A stretch of 64,000 bases of DNA from a virus, in the IMG/VR virus record IMGVR_UViG_3300023110_001773, positions 101,638-165,637 of that record; one strand, 5' to 3'. Shown one piece after another: positions 50,459 through 59,139 of the stretch (the stretch's first letter is position 1; the number at the start of each line of letters is the position of its first letter). The position numbers and the translations under genes are program-made. The notes below the pieces were generated by a model. That model did no database searches. It saw only the letters and a list, made by a program, of their open reading frames with translations, and was not told the DNA's origin.

Positions 50459-50784
50459 TACCTTCTCATTCGGGAGATATCTTCCGCTTGTTGTTGATCA
50501 ATAACTGGCACCGCATTAGATTTATGCATCGTAGCAATGCCTTTAATTAGTGTACCCGTGTATTTCATTGGTTCTTTCTTTGAACATGCATCAGCAGAAC
50601 CAAAACTATCTACACTAGGATATTTATCACGATGATCAGCCGATCTGTAAAAAGTTTGTGGAGCAACATACTCGGTGAACTCAGGTTTTTTCATTTTCTG
50701 ATAATACACCTTGTTCTGCCATCCTTTTCCACGAGGCTTCTTTTTACGGGGTTTGGTATTGGTATGAAAAACTGTCATATTCAT
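50458..50784 (-). CDS. Conserved phage hypothetical protein
   Basis: YTGTLIKGIATMHKSNAVPV motif recurrent in T4-like phages. Confidence 0.7.
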   Translation of the reverse strand: MNMTVFHTNTKPRKKKPRGKGWQNKVYYQKMKKPEFTEYVAPQTFYRSADHRDKYPSVDSFGSADACSKKEPMKYTGTLIKGIATMHKSNAVPVIDQQQAEDISRMRR

Positions 50785-50806
50785 TCTCTCCCATTAAAGT
50801 AATTAT

Positions 50807-50840
50807 TATAAATATACCATAGAGAGAACCCAAATGTCAA
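50807..50840. promoter_or_regulatory. Overlapping divergent promoters: late TATAAATA (+, 50807-50814) and sigma70-like TTGACA-N18-TATATT (-)
   Basis: Both consensus elements are read directly in the intergenic gap. Confidence 0.65.
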
Positions 50841-50865
50841 GTCTTTTCTTAGGGGAGAGAGTAAT

Positions 50866-51945
50866 ATGCATTCGCATAAGCACTTTTTTTATGCTTTTTT
50901 TATCACGGTAGCACTTCTGGTCAGTTGTGAGGCAGCATTCGGCCAAACGGATGACGGGTCAACAACGACTAACATCAACAACAACACCACGACTGATAAC
51001 ACTAGTACTAGCACAAACACCAATACTAATACTAACACAAATAACAACACCAACACAAGTACTAGTACGAGTACGAACACAAATACTAATACTAATGTGA
51101 ACACCAACACTAGCACCAATACAAATTATAATAACAACACTAGTACTAGTAACAACACCAACAATAATACTAATACTAACAACACAACAATCAATAGTAC
51201 TAGTAATAACACCAACAACAATACTAATACTAATACTAATATCAACACCTCGACCAGTACTAGCAACAATACAAACAATAATACGAACACCAACATTAAT
51301 ACTAGTACTAGTTCTAGCACATCTGACATCAATCAGAATGTAAACAGTAACACAAATAGCACCAGTACTTCTGACAACACCAATACCAACAATAATACCA
51401 ATAACAATTACAGTGAAAGCAATTCTAATTCTAACGTCAATACCAAGAATGAGAATATCAATAGAAACGAAAATGTAACCAAATCAGAGACTACAATTAA
51501 GTCTCCCCCGCCCAGTGCAATCGCACCGAGCATTGGTTCTTCTTATTCTCAAGACCTGTGTACTACTGGTATAAGTGGTGCAGTACAAACTCAGATATTC
51601 GGTATTTCTGGTGGCAAATCTGTTAGAGATATGAACTGTGAGAGAATCAAACTTTCAAAGACCCTGTATGACATGGGAATGAAAGTTGCGGCGGTTTCCT
51701 TAATGTGTCAAGATGAAAGAGTGTGGAATGCCATGAGAATGGCTGGAACACCTTGTCCGTTTGAGGGTGCGTTAGGTGACGAAGCAATACAGTCTTGGGA
51801 CGTAAACAAAGACAGAATGCCTACGGGTGCATATGACAAGAAAGCAGTTGACGGAAGGTTGAAAGATAATCCAGACACAGCCTACAATGTCTACTCAAAG
51901 GAAGAATTCTGTGAAAGATATCCTGACGAAGCTATTTGTTACTAG
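50866..51945 (+). CDS. Exported Asn/Thr-rich protein with Cys-rich C-terminal domain
   Basis: Signal peptide (LVSC lipobox-like or AFG|Q); ~175-aa N/T/S tract; PPPSAIAP..DLC..NCERIKLSK..CQD..GTPCP. Confidence 0.85.
   Translation: MHSHKHFFYAFFITVALLVSCEAAFGQTDDGSTTTNINNNTTTDNTSTSTNTNTNTNTNNNTNTSTSTSTNTNTNTNVNTNTSTNTNYNNNTSTSNNTNNNTNTNNTTINSTSNNTNNNTNTNTNINTSTSTSNNTNNNTNTNINTSTSSSTSDINQNVNSNTNSTSTSDNTNTNNNTNNNYSESNSNSNVNTKNENINRNENVTKSETTIKSPPPSAIAPSIGSSYSQDLCTTGISGAVQTQIFGISGGKSVRDMNCERIKLSKTLYDMGMKVAAVSLMCQDERVWNAMRMAGTPCPFEGALGDEAIQSWDVNKDRMPTGAYDKKAVDGRLKDNPDTAYNVYSKEEFCERYPDEAICY
50960..51480 (+). repeat. Low-complexity Asn-Thr/Ser-Thr dipeptide array
   Basis: NTNTNT and TSTSTS encoded with mixed synonymous codons. 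Confidence 0.9.
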
Positions 51946-54106
51946 TATTGCGGTTGGTTTTCTATGGGCCGCAAATTACGCTGAAGCACAAACTCAAGTA
52001 ATGGATGGTGTCGATGACGGCACCGTTCACATCAACTTGGGTCATACCTTTCCTTATTATGGCGGAGTATTCACAGACGCCTGGATGTCTAGTAACGGAT
52101 TCATCTTGTTCTACGATCCAGTGAATTCATTTGGAAACCCAACCACATACAATAATGGATGTTGTAATGGGTTTTTTCCAGGCGGCATAGGAGGAACCTT
52201 TTCTTACATGCTTGCCCCTTTGTGGACAGACTTGCGGCATGACACTAGTATACCAGACTCAGGTTACTTTTATGAGACAGGTAAAGACGGCACTGCATTT
52301 CTCTGGCAGAACATAACAGAATTCGGCACTAACAATCTAAACACATTTGGTGTTCAACTATGGCCCGATGGTTCTTTTGACTTTCATTATGCAGATGTTA
52401 ATGTCACAAATCATAATGTATGGATTGGATTTACAGGTGACACGACAAGTTTAAATGGTAACGTCTACGATGAAGTAAACGAATTGTTTTACAAGACTGC
52501 CCAAGAAGGCGGTATGACAACAGATCACATTGGCAACTTTGCATCTGAAACTTATGAAGTAGAAGGTAACACATATTACGCATGGTACGGGGAAGACGGA
52601 GGTTACACCTCTGGGCCCGATTGTAGTAACCCACTAAACGATTCATCGTGTGAAGGATATGAGGAAGCATACTTCAATCAACAATGCGAACAGAATCCTC
52701 TTTACGATACGCAATGTCCAGGCTACGAACAAGCATACTACGAACAACAATGTTCTGCCGATCCATTGTATGATTCTGGGTGTCCTGGCTATGCAGAAGC
52801 TTATCACGACCTACAGTGTTCGTTGGATTCACTTTACAAAGATACATGTCCAGGCTACAAGGAAGCATTGTTTGAGTACAACTGTACACTAGACCCACAA
52901 TATGACATGTTGTGTCCCGGCTACATTGACGAGGAAATGTTTAAAGTAGACGATACTAAAGATGATTTTTCTGGTGTCGATGACGGAAGTGATGACGGCA
53001 CTAGTTTTAACATGGATGGTATTGAGGAAACAGTTTACACTTCAGAGGATTCGTATACTCAGACTATACAAGATGAAAAATTTGTAAAATTTGACGATAA
53101 GGATGTTCATTCTGAAGAAGTGTTCATTAATAATGAACAAACTGAATTAGTGGACACAGAAGAATTGGTTGCAAATGACGGAAAGGTGAATGAAGAAAAG
53201 ATTTTAGAAGACCAAATAGAAGACCAAATAGAAGAAGAATTAGTAATTTTAGAAGAAATGGAAGTTGTTGAGGTTCTTGAAGAGAAGGTTTTGGAAGAAG
53301 AAGTCGAATTAGACAAGGTTGAGTTGGTTCCAGTGACCGAAAAAGTAGTTGCAACAGCAAAAGTTGATGCAACATCACTAGTTTTAGCACAAACTGCTAA
53401 ACTAGTTTCAAATTTAAGAGAAGAAAGTGCATCTTCTTCCCAAAATTCCCAAAATACTTCAAATTTGAGTGTAAGTGAGTCTGCAATTGGGTCAAATTCG
53501 CAAGAATTTACCGATGATCCAGCAACAAGTGAGTCAAATTCGCAAGAATTTACCCAACAGACAGAAAATTTGATCTCCGAGACTGAAAATTCTGGTCAAT
53601 ATATGTCACCAGAACAGTTTTTGTTCGGTTCTGACAACGCTTCCTTTGCAATGATGACAGGAAGTGTATCAAATAATACAGAAAGTGTATCAGAAAATGA
53701 ACAAACAGAGTCAGATGCACAGAATGTTGAACAAAATCTTGCATTGGGAGACTTGGCTCCAATAGGATTTGCTATCATACCAGTGCAAACGTCTAGCGGA
53801 ATGGTGGAAACAGTGGTTCCAATAGAAGAACAGTCCTTGGCAGAGAGACTAGCTGAACGTATAAGACAGAAAAATCTGGAAAATTCAAACGAAGCGGCAA
53901 TTGGACAGACTGCTGTATTGCAACAAATCGCATCTGGAACTGATATGTCGGCATATTATGACAAAGCACCAACATACAAACAAGACATGTATACACAAGA
54001 ACAGGTTTATGGTAATATCGTGTTGACCGACAACGTAAAGTCGCATTATAAAATGTTCTCAGAAAATCACGGAACAATGCAAGAACTAATTAGGAGTCAA
54101 TACTAA
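51887..54106 (+). CDS. Exported protein: nidogen(NIDO)-like domain, 5 Cys repeats, acidic tail
   Basis: Signal ending AEA|Q; DDG..LGHTFPYYG..SNG..LAPLWTDL; CxxNPLYDxxCPGY x5; probable start GTG 51911. Confidence 0.75.
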   Translation: MSTQRKNSVKDILTKLFVTSIAVGFLWAANYAEAQTQVMDGVDDGTVHINLGHTFPYYGGVFTDAWMSSNGFILFYDPVNSFGNPTTYNNGCCNGFFPGGIGGTFSYMLAPLWTDLRHDTSIPDSGYFYETGKDGTAFLWQNITEFGTNNLNTFGVQLWPDGSFDFHYADVNVTNHNVWIGFTGDTTSLNGNVYDEVNELFYKTAQEGGMTTDHIGNFASETYEVEGNTYYAWYGEDGGYTSGPDCSNPLNDSSCEGYEEAYFNQQCEQNPLYDTQCPGYEQAYYEQQCSADPLYDSGCPGYAEAYHDLQCSLDSLYKDTCPGYKEALFEYNCTLDPQYDMLCPGYIDEEMFKVDDTKDDFSGVDDGSDDGTSFNMDGIEETVYTSEDSYTQTIQDEKFVKFDDKDVHSEEVFINNEQTELVDTEELVANDGKVNEEKILEDQIEDQIEEELVILEEMEVVEVLEEKVLEEEVELDKVELVPVTEKVVATAKVDATSLVLAQTAKLVSNLREESASSSQNSQNTSNLSVSESAIGSNSQEFTDDPATSESNSQEFTQQTENLISETENSGQYMSPEQFLFGSDNASFAMMTGSVSNNTESVSENEQTESDAQNVEQNLALGDLAPIGFAIIPVQTSSGMVETVVPIEEQSLAERLAERIRQKNLENSNEAAIGQTAVLQQIASGTDMSAYYDKAPTYKQDMYTQEQVYGNIVLTDNVKSHYKMFSENHGTMQELIRSQY
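52622..52925 (+). repeat. ~22-aa CxxxPxYDxxCPGY repeat x5
   Basis: Visible in the translation. Confidence 0.85.
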
Positions 54107-54594
54107 TGGCAGAAATAGAAATTGGGGGAGTAACCTTCAAGGGCGGCAAAATGCTCGCAGTAGGTATGGCCTTATCTTCCGCAGTAGGTGTGTTGTACGG
54201 GGGGTTTGAAGTCTACAAAGATTACATGGATATGAAAGAACAAATCCAAGAATATGTAGCACCAGACCTCTCAGGAATCGAGCAGAGTATCGCTGTGCTT
54301 GAAGAAACAGTAAACTCGCAAAACACAACCATCCTGGCGCAAAGATCAACCATCGAAGCTCTAGGACAAGAGATAGAAGCAAAGACAGATGCGTTGGATC
54401 AAACCACGGACGTTATGCGTGAAAGTATAAATAGGATAGACGGTGATCTACAAGGTCTGTTCGCAGACGTTAGGGATACCGATAAAAGACTGTATGAATT
54501 GGAAAAGGGTACTTCCAAGGAACTCAGCGAAATAAGAAAATCTATCCAAGATCAAATTCAAGAAGCCTTGGAGAACCCACTGGCGGGACAATAA
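54106..54594 (+). CDS. Membrane-anchored coiled-coil protein
   Basis: N-terminal hydrophobic helix followed by a heptad-rich region; TAATG-coupled to the previous gene. Confidence 0.75.
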   Translation: MAEIEIGGVTFKGGKMLAVGMALSSAVGVLYGGFEVYKDYMDMKEQIQEYVAPDLSGIEQSIAVLEETVNSQNTTILAQRSTIEALGQEIEAKTDALDQTTDVMRESINRIDGDLQGLFADVRDTDKRLYELEKGTSKELSEIRKSIQDQIQEALENPLAGQ

Positions 54595-54610
54595 AAATGG
54601 GTGAAGAATA

Positions 54611-55678
54611 ATGGCGCAGTCGGGAGCAGGAGCAGAGATAACAGCACTCTATGAGTCGTTGCAGGCTTACGCTTGTGCAGCCAGACAAGAAAAGGGAAGA
54701 GACCTTGAAAGTCTTTTTGAAATTAAAGCGTCAAATACAAAAAGTGCAGATTGCGACAGAACTTTAAAAGAATGCATGGATCAATTCAAAGGTGATGCGG
54801 GGTACAGTTATAGTATCATTGCAACTGCAAACAAATTTTTCAAAGACTACCAAATCAGAAGCGGGTACACCTTCCACAGAGGCAGTCAGAAAGTAGAAGG
54901 AATCTACAGAGAGTGGAGAAAGTATAAGACTGGTTCTGGGATGACAGGTGATGACAAATGGAATCCAGCAGACATCTGGGCGATCAAGGCTGGATATACC
55001 CAGAAAACCAACTGCAAGAACCTACAAGAGTACAATGATTTTGTATTAGATCAATACAATGCAAAAAAACTCATCGGCATTTCATTGAAAAAAGTCCCAA
55101 AGGGACAGGTGAAAACCAAAGTATATAACGATGGCAATAATAAAATAACTGCAAAATTCAAAGAAGTCAAACCAATGACAGACGTTACTGCATCGAAAGA
55201 TGTTTATCTAACCGTAACTTCTGACGGAAAGGATTTTGACATTCAGTTAAGAAACTTTTCTTCTAGAGCAGTAACATCATCATGGCAGGGTGAGGTAAAA
55301 GGAAAGTCAGCAGCCGGTGGTAAAATTGGTGGGGGTCTTTTGGTTGAACAGGCAAAATCTGGAGGCGTTACTGTAACTCCCCCCAATCAATTCAATCCAA
55401 ACCTAAAACCAACTGACACAGTTTTACGCAAATTTGCAACCATGTACAAAAAGATTGCTGGGACAACAAATAAAGAAAAACAAACAGAGGTAATTGCAAA
55501 AACAAAGGGGTTGGCTGCAGTCGATCCGACTTGGTGGATGTCCAAGTATCTGAGTGTATATTATGCACACGAGGTTTCTACTTCAACAAACAAAAACAAA
55601 GTGGCGAGTAAAATATACTCCTACGCATCATCCGCAACGGAGAACAGTAGTGTGTTTGTGAAGTATTATGACATATAA
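54611..55678 (+). CDS. Putative PD-(D/E)XK endonuclease
   Basis: DKWNPADIW...IGISLKK catalytic-like motif. Confidence 0.6.
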   Translation: MAQSGAGAEITALYESLQAYACAARQEKGRDLESLFEIKASNTKSADCDRTLKECMDQFKGDAGYSYSIIATANKFFKDYQIRSGYTFHRGSQKVEGIYREWRKYKTGSGMTGDDKWNPADIWAIKAGYTQKTNCKNLQEYNDFVLDQYNAKKLIGISLKKVPKGQVKTKVYNDGNNKITAKFKEVKPMTDVTASKDVYLTVTSDGKDFDIQLRNFSSRAVTSSWQGEVKGKSAAGGKIGGGLLVEQAKSGGVTVTPPNQFNPNLKPTDTVLRKFATMYKKIAGTTNKEKQTEVIAKTKGLAAVDPTWWMSKYLSVYYAHEVSTSTNKNKVASKIYSYASSATENSSVFVKYYDI

Positions 55679-55683
55679 AGAAA

Positions 55684-55866
55684 ATGAGCAGTTTATCGGA
55701 ACATGCTCAGGTTCCTGTTACGCTCCCGATAGCTGGGAGGGAGCAGTTTTTCCTTGGTCTGTTCTACCGCCGTTGCTCAGGGCGCCCAACGTTTAACGTC
55801 TATCTGACGGAGCAGTTTAAGGTAGGTCTGGGTGGGGTCATGCTCAGGAACCGCAACCGTATGTCC
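55684..55866 (-). ncRNA. Candidate ncRNA of three tandem H-type pseudoknot units
   Basis: Three copies of [stem]-CTGAGCA-[stem]..AAACTGCTC with covarying stems; dedicated promoters upstream. Confidence 0.7.
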
Positions 55867-55869
55867 GAT

Positions 55870-55908
55870 TATTTATACAAGTTTAACAAAAAAATGAGTT
55901 TAAGTCAA
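55870..55908 (-). promoter_or_regulatory. Dual promoter TTGACT-N17-TAAACT plus late TATAAATA
   Basis: -35 at 55908-55903, -10 at 55885-55880, TATAAATA at 55877-55870. Confidence 0.7.
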
Positions 55909-55929
55909 GGGGCTTTCGCCCCTTTTTTT
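55907..55929. terminator. Hairpin terminator AAGGGGC-TTTC-GCCCCTT with T tract (+); GAAA loop on minus
   Basis: Perfect stem between convergent transcription units. Confidence 0.75.
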
Positions 55930-57172
55930 AGTCCAAATCCATTGTTGCAAACTGGACATCTTTTTGGATGTGAGGAAGATTGAAAAACTCAACACTTAAT
56001 CCACGGGGTTCAAGAGCCCAAGTAAACATCTCTTGGTTTTCAATTCCCTTTTGACCATTGTTCCATTCTTCATAAAAACTAGGAAGAGCATGGCGAACCA
56101 ATACTTTGACCGTGTTGTGTTGTCCCTCAATCAAATCATCTTTGACGTTTCGCAACAGAGTTTGCAAACTGCCACCAGAACCAGAAGTAATTGTGTAGGC
56201 GAGAGTTGATCCATCAGCACGCAACTGACTAATCTTTTCGGCAAGTTTTGATTTGTGCGGTTCAACGTTATAGTCAATCATTTTCTGTCCAACCATATTC
56301 ATTTCTTGCACCTCAATCAATTTCTTTGCCTTCTTAGCGATGTTCTTTGCATTGCGGCGGGGAATGTTAAGGTCAACAAGAATCTCTAGCATTTCATCAC
56401 TGAGAGGATCGACATGTTCGTTGAAGTACATCGTTTCAATCATCTTGTTAAGATCATCTGGTTGATTGCGTTTTGGATCAATGACACTTTCGGGTTTGTT
56501 TAGATGCATACCCAAATAATCAATTTCAGTATCATTTAGATGTTCCCACTCTTCACGAGGAACACGGACAGTAGGAATATCCTTACCATGTTTTGAATCA
56601 GCGGTGCCTTCTGTAGAATGGTTTCCGCCGACCATAAGAGAACCATCAACACCGTACTCTGGGTCAGATTCATCGTAATACTCGTCAAGCAAAACGGCAC
56701 GCAATCCAAGTCCCACTGTATCACCATGTGCATCATCAATGGCATTCTGAATAGCTAGTTTATGGTTACGATCATCAGCTGCACGAACCTGTAATTTCGC
56801 AGATTTCAGAATTTCTTTTGCATCAGTAAGAACACCTTCACGACTCATGATATCATCAGCGAGTTCTTTTACTGCTTCTCGGTTGATCCCTTTACTAGCG
56901 GGTGACCCATTCGACTTGTTAAAGTACATGGGGTTAGACTTTGCGTTCACTGCTTTCAACATTTTATGCTCCTCGTTTCGCATTGTGTTGTAACTACCTG
57001 TCAGTAGTATTTCATAACAAAAATCCTCACGACTATTTCGTAGTAAGGAAGCAAACTCTTCATCCGTAGAAGAGTGATTGTATTCATCAGAGATCATTCC
57101 CTTATGAATTCCAATATAAATTCGGCCGGTTGGAATGTGAGTGTATTGATAAAGATATGCTTCGTATCTCAT
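55928..57172 (-). CDS. Protein with N-terminal GIY-YIG-like domain and possible ParB-like region
   Basis: YLYQYT..GRIYIGIHK..E..L..YFN; central VGGNHS. Confidence 0.55.
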   Translation of the reverse strand: MRYEAYLYQYTHIPTGRIYIGIHKGMISDEYNHSSTDEEFASLLRNSREDFCYEILLTGSYNTMRNEEHKMLKAVNAKSNPMYFNKSNGSPASKGINREAVKELADDIMSREGVLTDAKEILKSAKLQVRAADDRNHKLAIQNAIDDAHGDTVGLGLRAVLLDEYYDESDPEYGVDGSLMVGGNHSTEGTADSKHGKDIPTVRVPREEWEHLNDTEIDYLGMHLNKPESVIDPKRNQPDDLNKMIETMYFNEHVDPLSDEMLEILVDLNIPRRNAKNIAKKAKKLIEVQEMNMVGQKMIDYNVEPHKSKLAEKISQLRADGSTLAYTITSGSGGSLQTLLRNVKDDLIEGQHNTVKVLVRHALPSFYEEWNNGQKGIENQEMFTWALEPRGLSVEFFNLPHIQKDVQFATMDLD

Positions 57173-57756
57173 TTTTTGAATCCATTCCGATCCACGTTGG
57201 TTGAAAACTCAACCTCGGTCAAAAGTGGCGACAACAGTCTATCCTGCAATCGAAATGCCTCTTTCTCCCAAGGCTGATCTTCGTAGCTCATATTATATGA
57301 GCAGTGTCGTGACTTCCACTTAATTGCTGAATGGTTGTCATTTAGTTCACGATTAACGTATTGTTTAACGTGAACCATCTCATGAATGATGGTAGAAACC
57401 ATCTCCATAAAATGTAGGGTTTTATTAATCTGAAGTTTGAATGTGCGTGGCGAAGAACCAACAAAATCTTCTTTCTCAAGGGCGATATTCTCGCAGTATC
57501 CATCTGCATCAGGAATGTTCTTCAGATGAACATCAATATAAATGCGTCTGACATCTGGCATGAGATTGCGAGTACACCAATCGACACACTGATTGACGAC
57601 ATGTTTTTGGAAACTGTTTCCACCACGAACCAATACCGAAATTTTACTCAAAAGGAATTTCCTCCCACAAGTAATCTTTAGCCACTTCCTTGGCGTAGGA
57701 GACAAGATAGGGTCTATCCGAAAACTGATCTTCAATAACAACCTCAACATCAGCAC
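57169..57756 (-). CDS. Putative zinc metallopeptidase (true start probably ~57652)
   Basis: TIIHEMVHVKQY..Y..QPWEKEA. Confidence 0.75.
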   Translation of the reverse strand: MLMLRLLLKISFRIDPILSPTPRKWLKITCGRKFLLSKISVLVRGGNSFQKHVVNQCVDWCTRNLMPDVRRIYIDVHLKNIPDADGYCENIALEKEDFVGSSPRTFKLQINKTLHFMEMVSTIIHEMVHVKQYVNRELNDNHSAIKWKSRHCSYNMSYEDQPWEKEAFRLQDRLLSPLLTEVEFSTNVDRNGFKK

Positions 57757-57820
57757 CAGTGGCGTAAGCCTCTTCGGCTGCGGTTTGACATTCCAAAACG
57801 AATTGACCCATCTTACTCAT
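57644..57820 (-). CDS. Small hypothetical protein (MSKMGQFV...)
   Basis: TAATG coupling, GAGG RBS. Confidence 0.6.
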   Translation of the reverse strand: MSKMGQFVLECQTAAEEAYATGADVEVVIEDQFSDRPYLVSYAKEVAKDYLWEEIPFE

Positions 57821-58158
57821 TACTGCACCTCTCCACATTCACCATATCGTCCACATCGATAAGCACGATCTTTTTCACGTTTCCAGATTTCGTACTCACG
57901 TTCCCAAACACCTCGTTCGTATGCACACTGCACAGAGTTAGCATTACATCGGAAGGGCGGGAATTCTGCACGATCATTATATCGATAATCACCGTACTCA
58001 CCATAAGAACCGCCAGAACGGCGATCTTTTAGAACCGAACCAACCAGAATGGCAGAACCCAAACCAATCAGTACACCTTCTTCACGTTTTCCCAAAGCGA
58101 AAGCAGAGTTCGCAGAAAGCAGGGACATCGCAACAACAGCTGAAATAAGAAATTTCAT
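57820..58158 (-). CDS. Small exported/membrane protein
   Basis: Signal peptide AFA|, glycine-zipper-like segment, 4 Cys. Confidence 0.7.
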   Translation of the reverse strand: MKFLISAVVAMSLLSANSAFALGKREEGVLIGLGSAILVGSVLKDRRSGGSYGEYGDYRYNDRAEFPPFRCNANSVQCAYERGVWEREYEIWKREKDRAYRCGRYGECGEVQ

Positions 58159-58167
58159 AATAGACTC

Positions 58168-58425
58168 CTATGATATCTGTTTTAAATTTCTCAGAACATC
58201 CTTGTCTTTGTAATTGCCGGCATTAATCCAATTACGAAAAGCTTGACATTGAACAGCGGCATCCATACAATTTTTGTAGTTGGAACACCCATCACACGGC
58301 TCCGATCTTTTACTGGTTGGGCCATAATAAAGTTGTGTGCCTTGATCGCACTGATCGCTGCCCCACTCAGATTTCCAACCTCTGCCGTTATAAGACTCAG
58401 AGTCCCACCAAATCGTATCACGCAT
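58168..58425 (-). CDS. Small Cys-rich hypothetical protein
   Basis: PCDGC....C......C..F pattern. Confidence 0.6.
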   Translation of the reverse strand: MRDTIWWDSESYNGRGWKSEWGSDQCDQGTQLYYGPTSKRSEPCDGCSNYKNCMDAAVQCQAFRNWINAGNYKDKDVLRNLKQIS

Positions 58426-58427
58426 AA

Positions 58428-58592
58428 TTATTTATCCCCCAAATCAAAAGTTCCGTCCAGCACTGGCCAAGACATTATAAACAAACCGATAATGCTTAGG
58501 AAAGTATAATTAAGTAGGGAGGCCGTTGGATCGGTATCCAACGTACCAACAGCACCCAAAAGAAGAAGCAAACCAAAAATAAAACGAATCAT
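58428..58592 (-). CDS. 54-aa two-helix membrane protein
   Basis: Not in the ORF track. MIRFIFGLLLLLGAVGTLDTDPTASLLNYTFLSIIGLFIMSWPVLDGTFDLGDK; TAATG-coupled. Confidence 0.65.
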   Translation of the reverse strand: MIRFIFGLLLLLGAVGTLDTDPTASLLNYTFLSIIGLFIMSWPVLDGTFDLGDK

Positions 58593-58963
58593 TAGGCAGT
58601 CACCTCATATTCTTTATTCCACTGACCGACATTGACATCCATATAATAGGCAGTGTCAAAGTAGTCAACCATGGCATCGGAATTGTCATACCAGAGATTA
58701 CCACGCATGGCAGCCAAAAGTTCCTGTAGAAACTTCTTTGCCTTACCTGTGTAATGCTTTTCGAACCAGTAAGGATTGATCTGGTAATGATGGGCGCCTT
58801 CGCCAGTGTAATCTTTCTGGAAGTCAACAGCACCAGACTTGAGATTCACGACCAATACCATATGGTCACGGACAGCAATCGAACCCTTGACACCGTACTT
58901 GTTAAGAACAGACTTGATGCCTGGGGCGAGCTGCTTTTTGCGTTCTTGATTCATGTAAGCCAT
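58592..58963 (-). CDS. Conserved early phage protein (MAYMNQERKK...DAMVDYFD)
   Basis: Start set at ATG 58963, after the promoter and GAGAGAG leader. Confidence 0.75.
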   Translation of the reverse strand: MAYMNQERKKQLAPGIKSVLNKYGVKGSIAVRDHMVLVVNLKSGAVDFQKDYTGEGAHHYQINPYWFEKHYTGKAKKFLQELLAAMRGNLWYDNSDAMVDYFDTAYYMDVNVGQWNKEYEVTA

Positions 58964-58997
58964 AATTTTCTCTCTCTCAATCAACGTTACAGTACAT

Positions 58998-59026
58998 ATT
59001 ATGACAGCCCTCGGGGCAGATGTCAA
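58998..59026 (-). promoter_or_regulatory. Early sigma70 promoter TTGACA-N17-CATAAT
   Basis: Near consensus; shares TTGACAnCTGCCCC with the promoter at 63425. Confidence 0.8.
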
Positions 59027-59042
59027 GAAAAAGCTGCCTCCG

Positions 59043-59139
59043 TAAGCCATTGAAAAATAAGGAAAAGCGAAAAAAGTTCAAAAAAATTGTAAGTTGTTGA
59101 TTCATAACGATTTTTTTCTTCAATAAAATCAAGGACTTA
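59043..59139. promoter_or_regulatory. Three IHF-consensus boxes (WATCAANNNNTTR)
   Basis: 59043-59055 (-, 1 mismatch), 59090-59102 (-, exact), 59127-59139 (+, exact). Confidence 0.6.

Noticed and set aside
50889-51332. Val/Leu-rich minus-strand ORFs
   Set aside because: Reverse-complement artefact of the Asn/Thr codons
53491-53554. 22-nt direct repeat
   Set aside because: In-frame duplication (SNSQEFT x2) within a low-complexity stalk; not an att site or array
55684-55866. CRISPR mini-array
   Set aside because: Conserved parts are split 8-9-nt motifs with structured, interdependent linkers; no 25-40-nt direct repeats and no cas genes
55684-55983. 99-aa + strand ORF
   Set aside because: Runs through a terminator and into the opposite gene; the sequence is better explained by RNA structure
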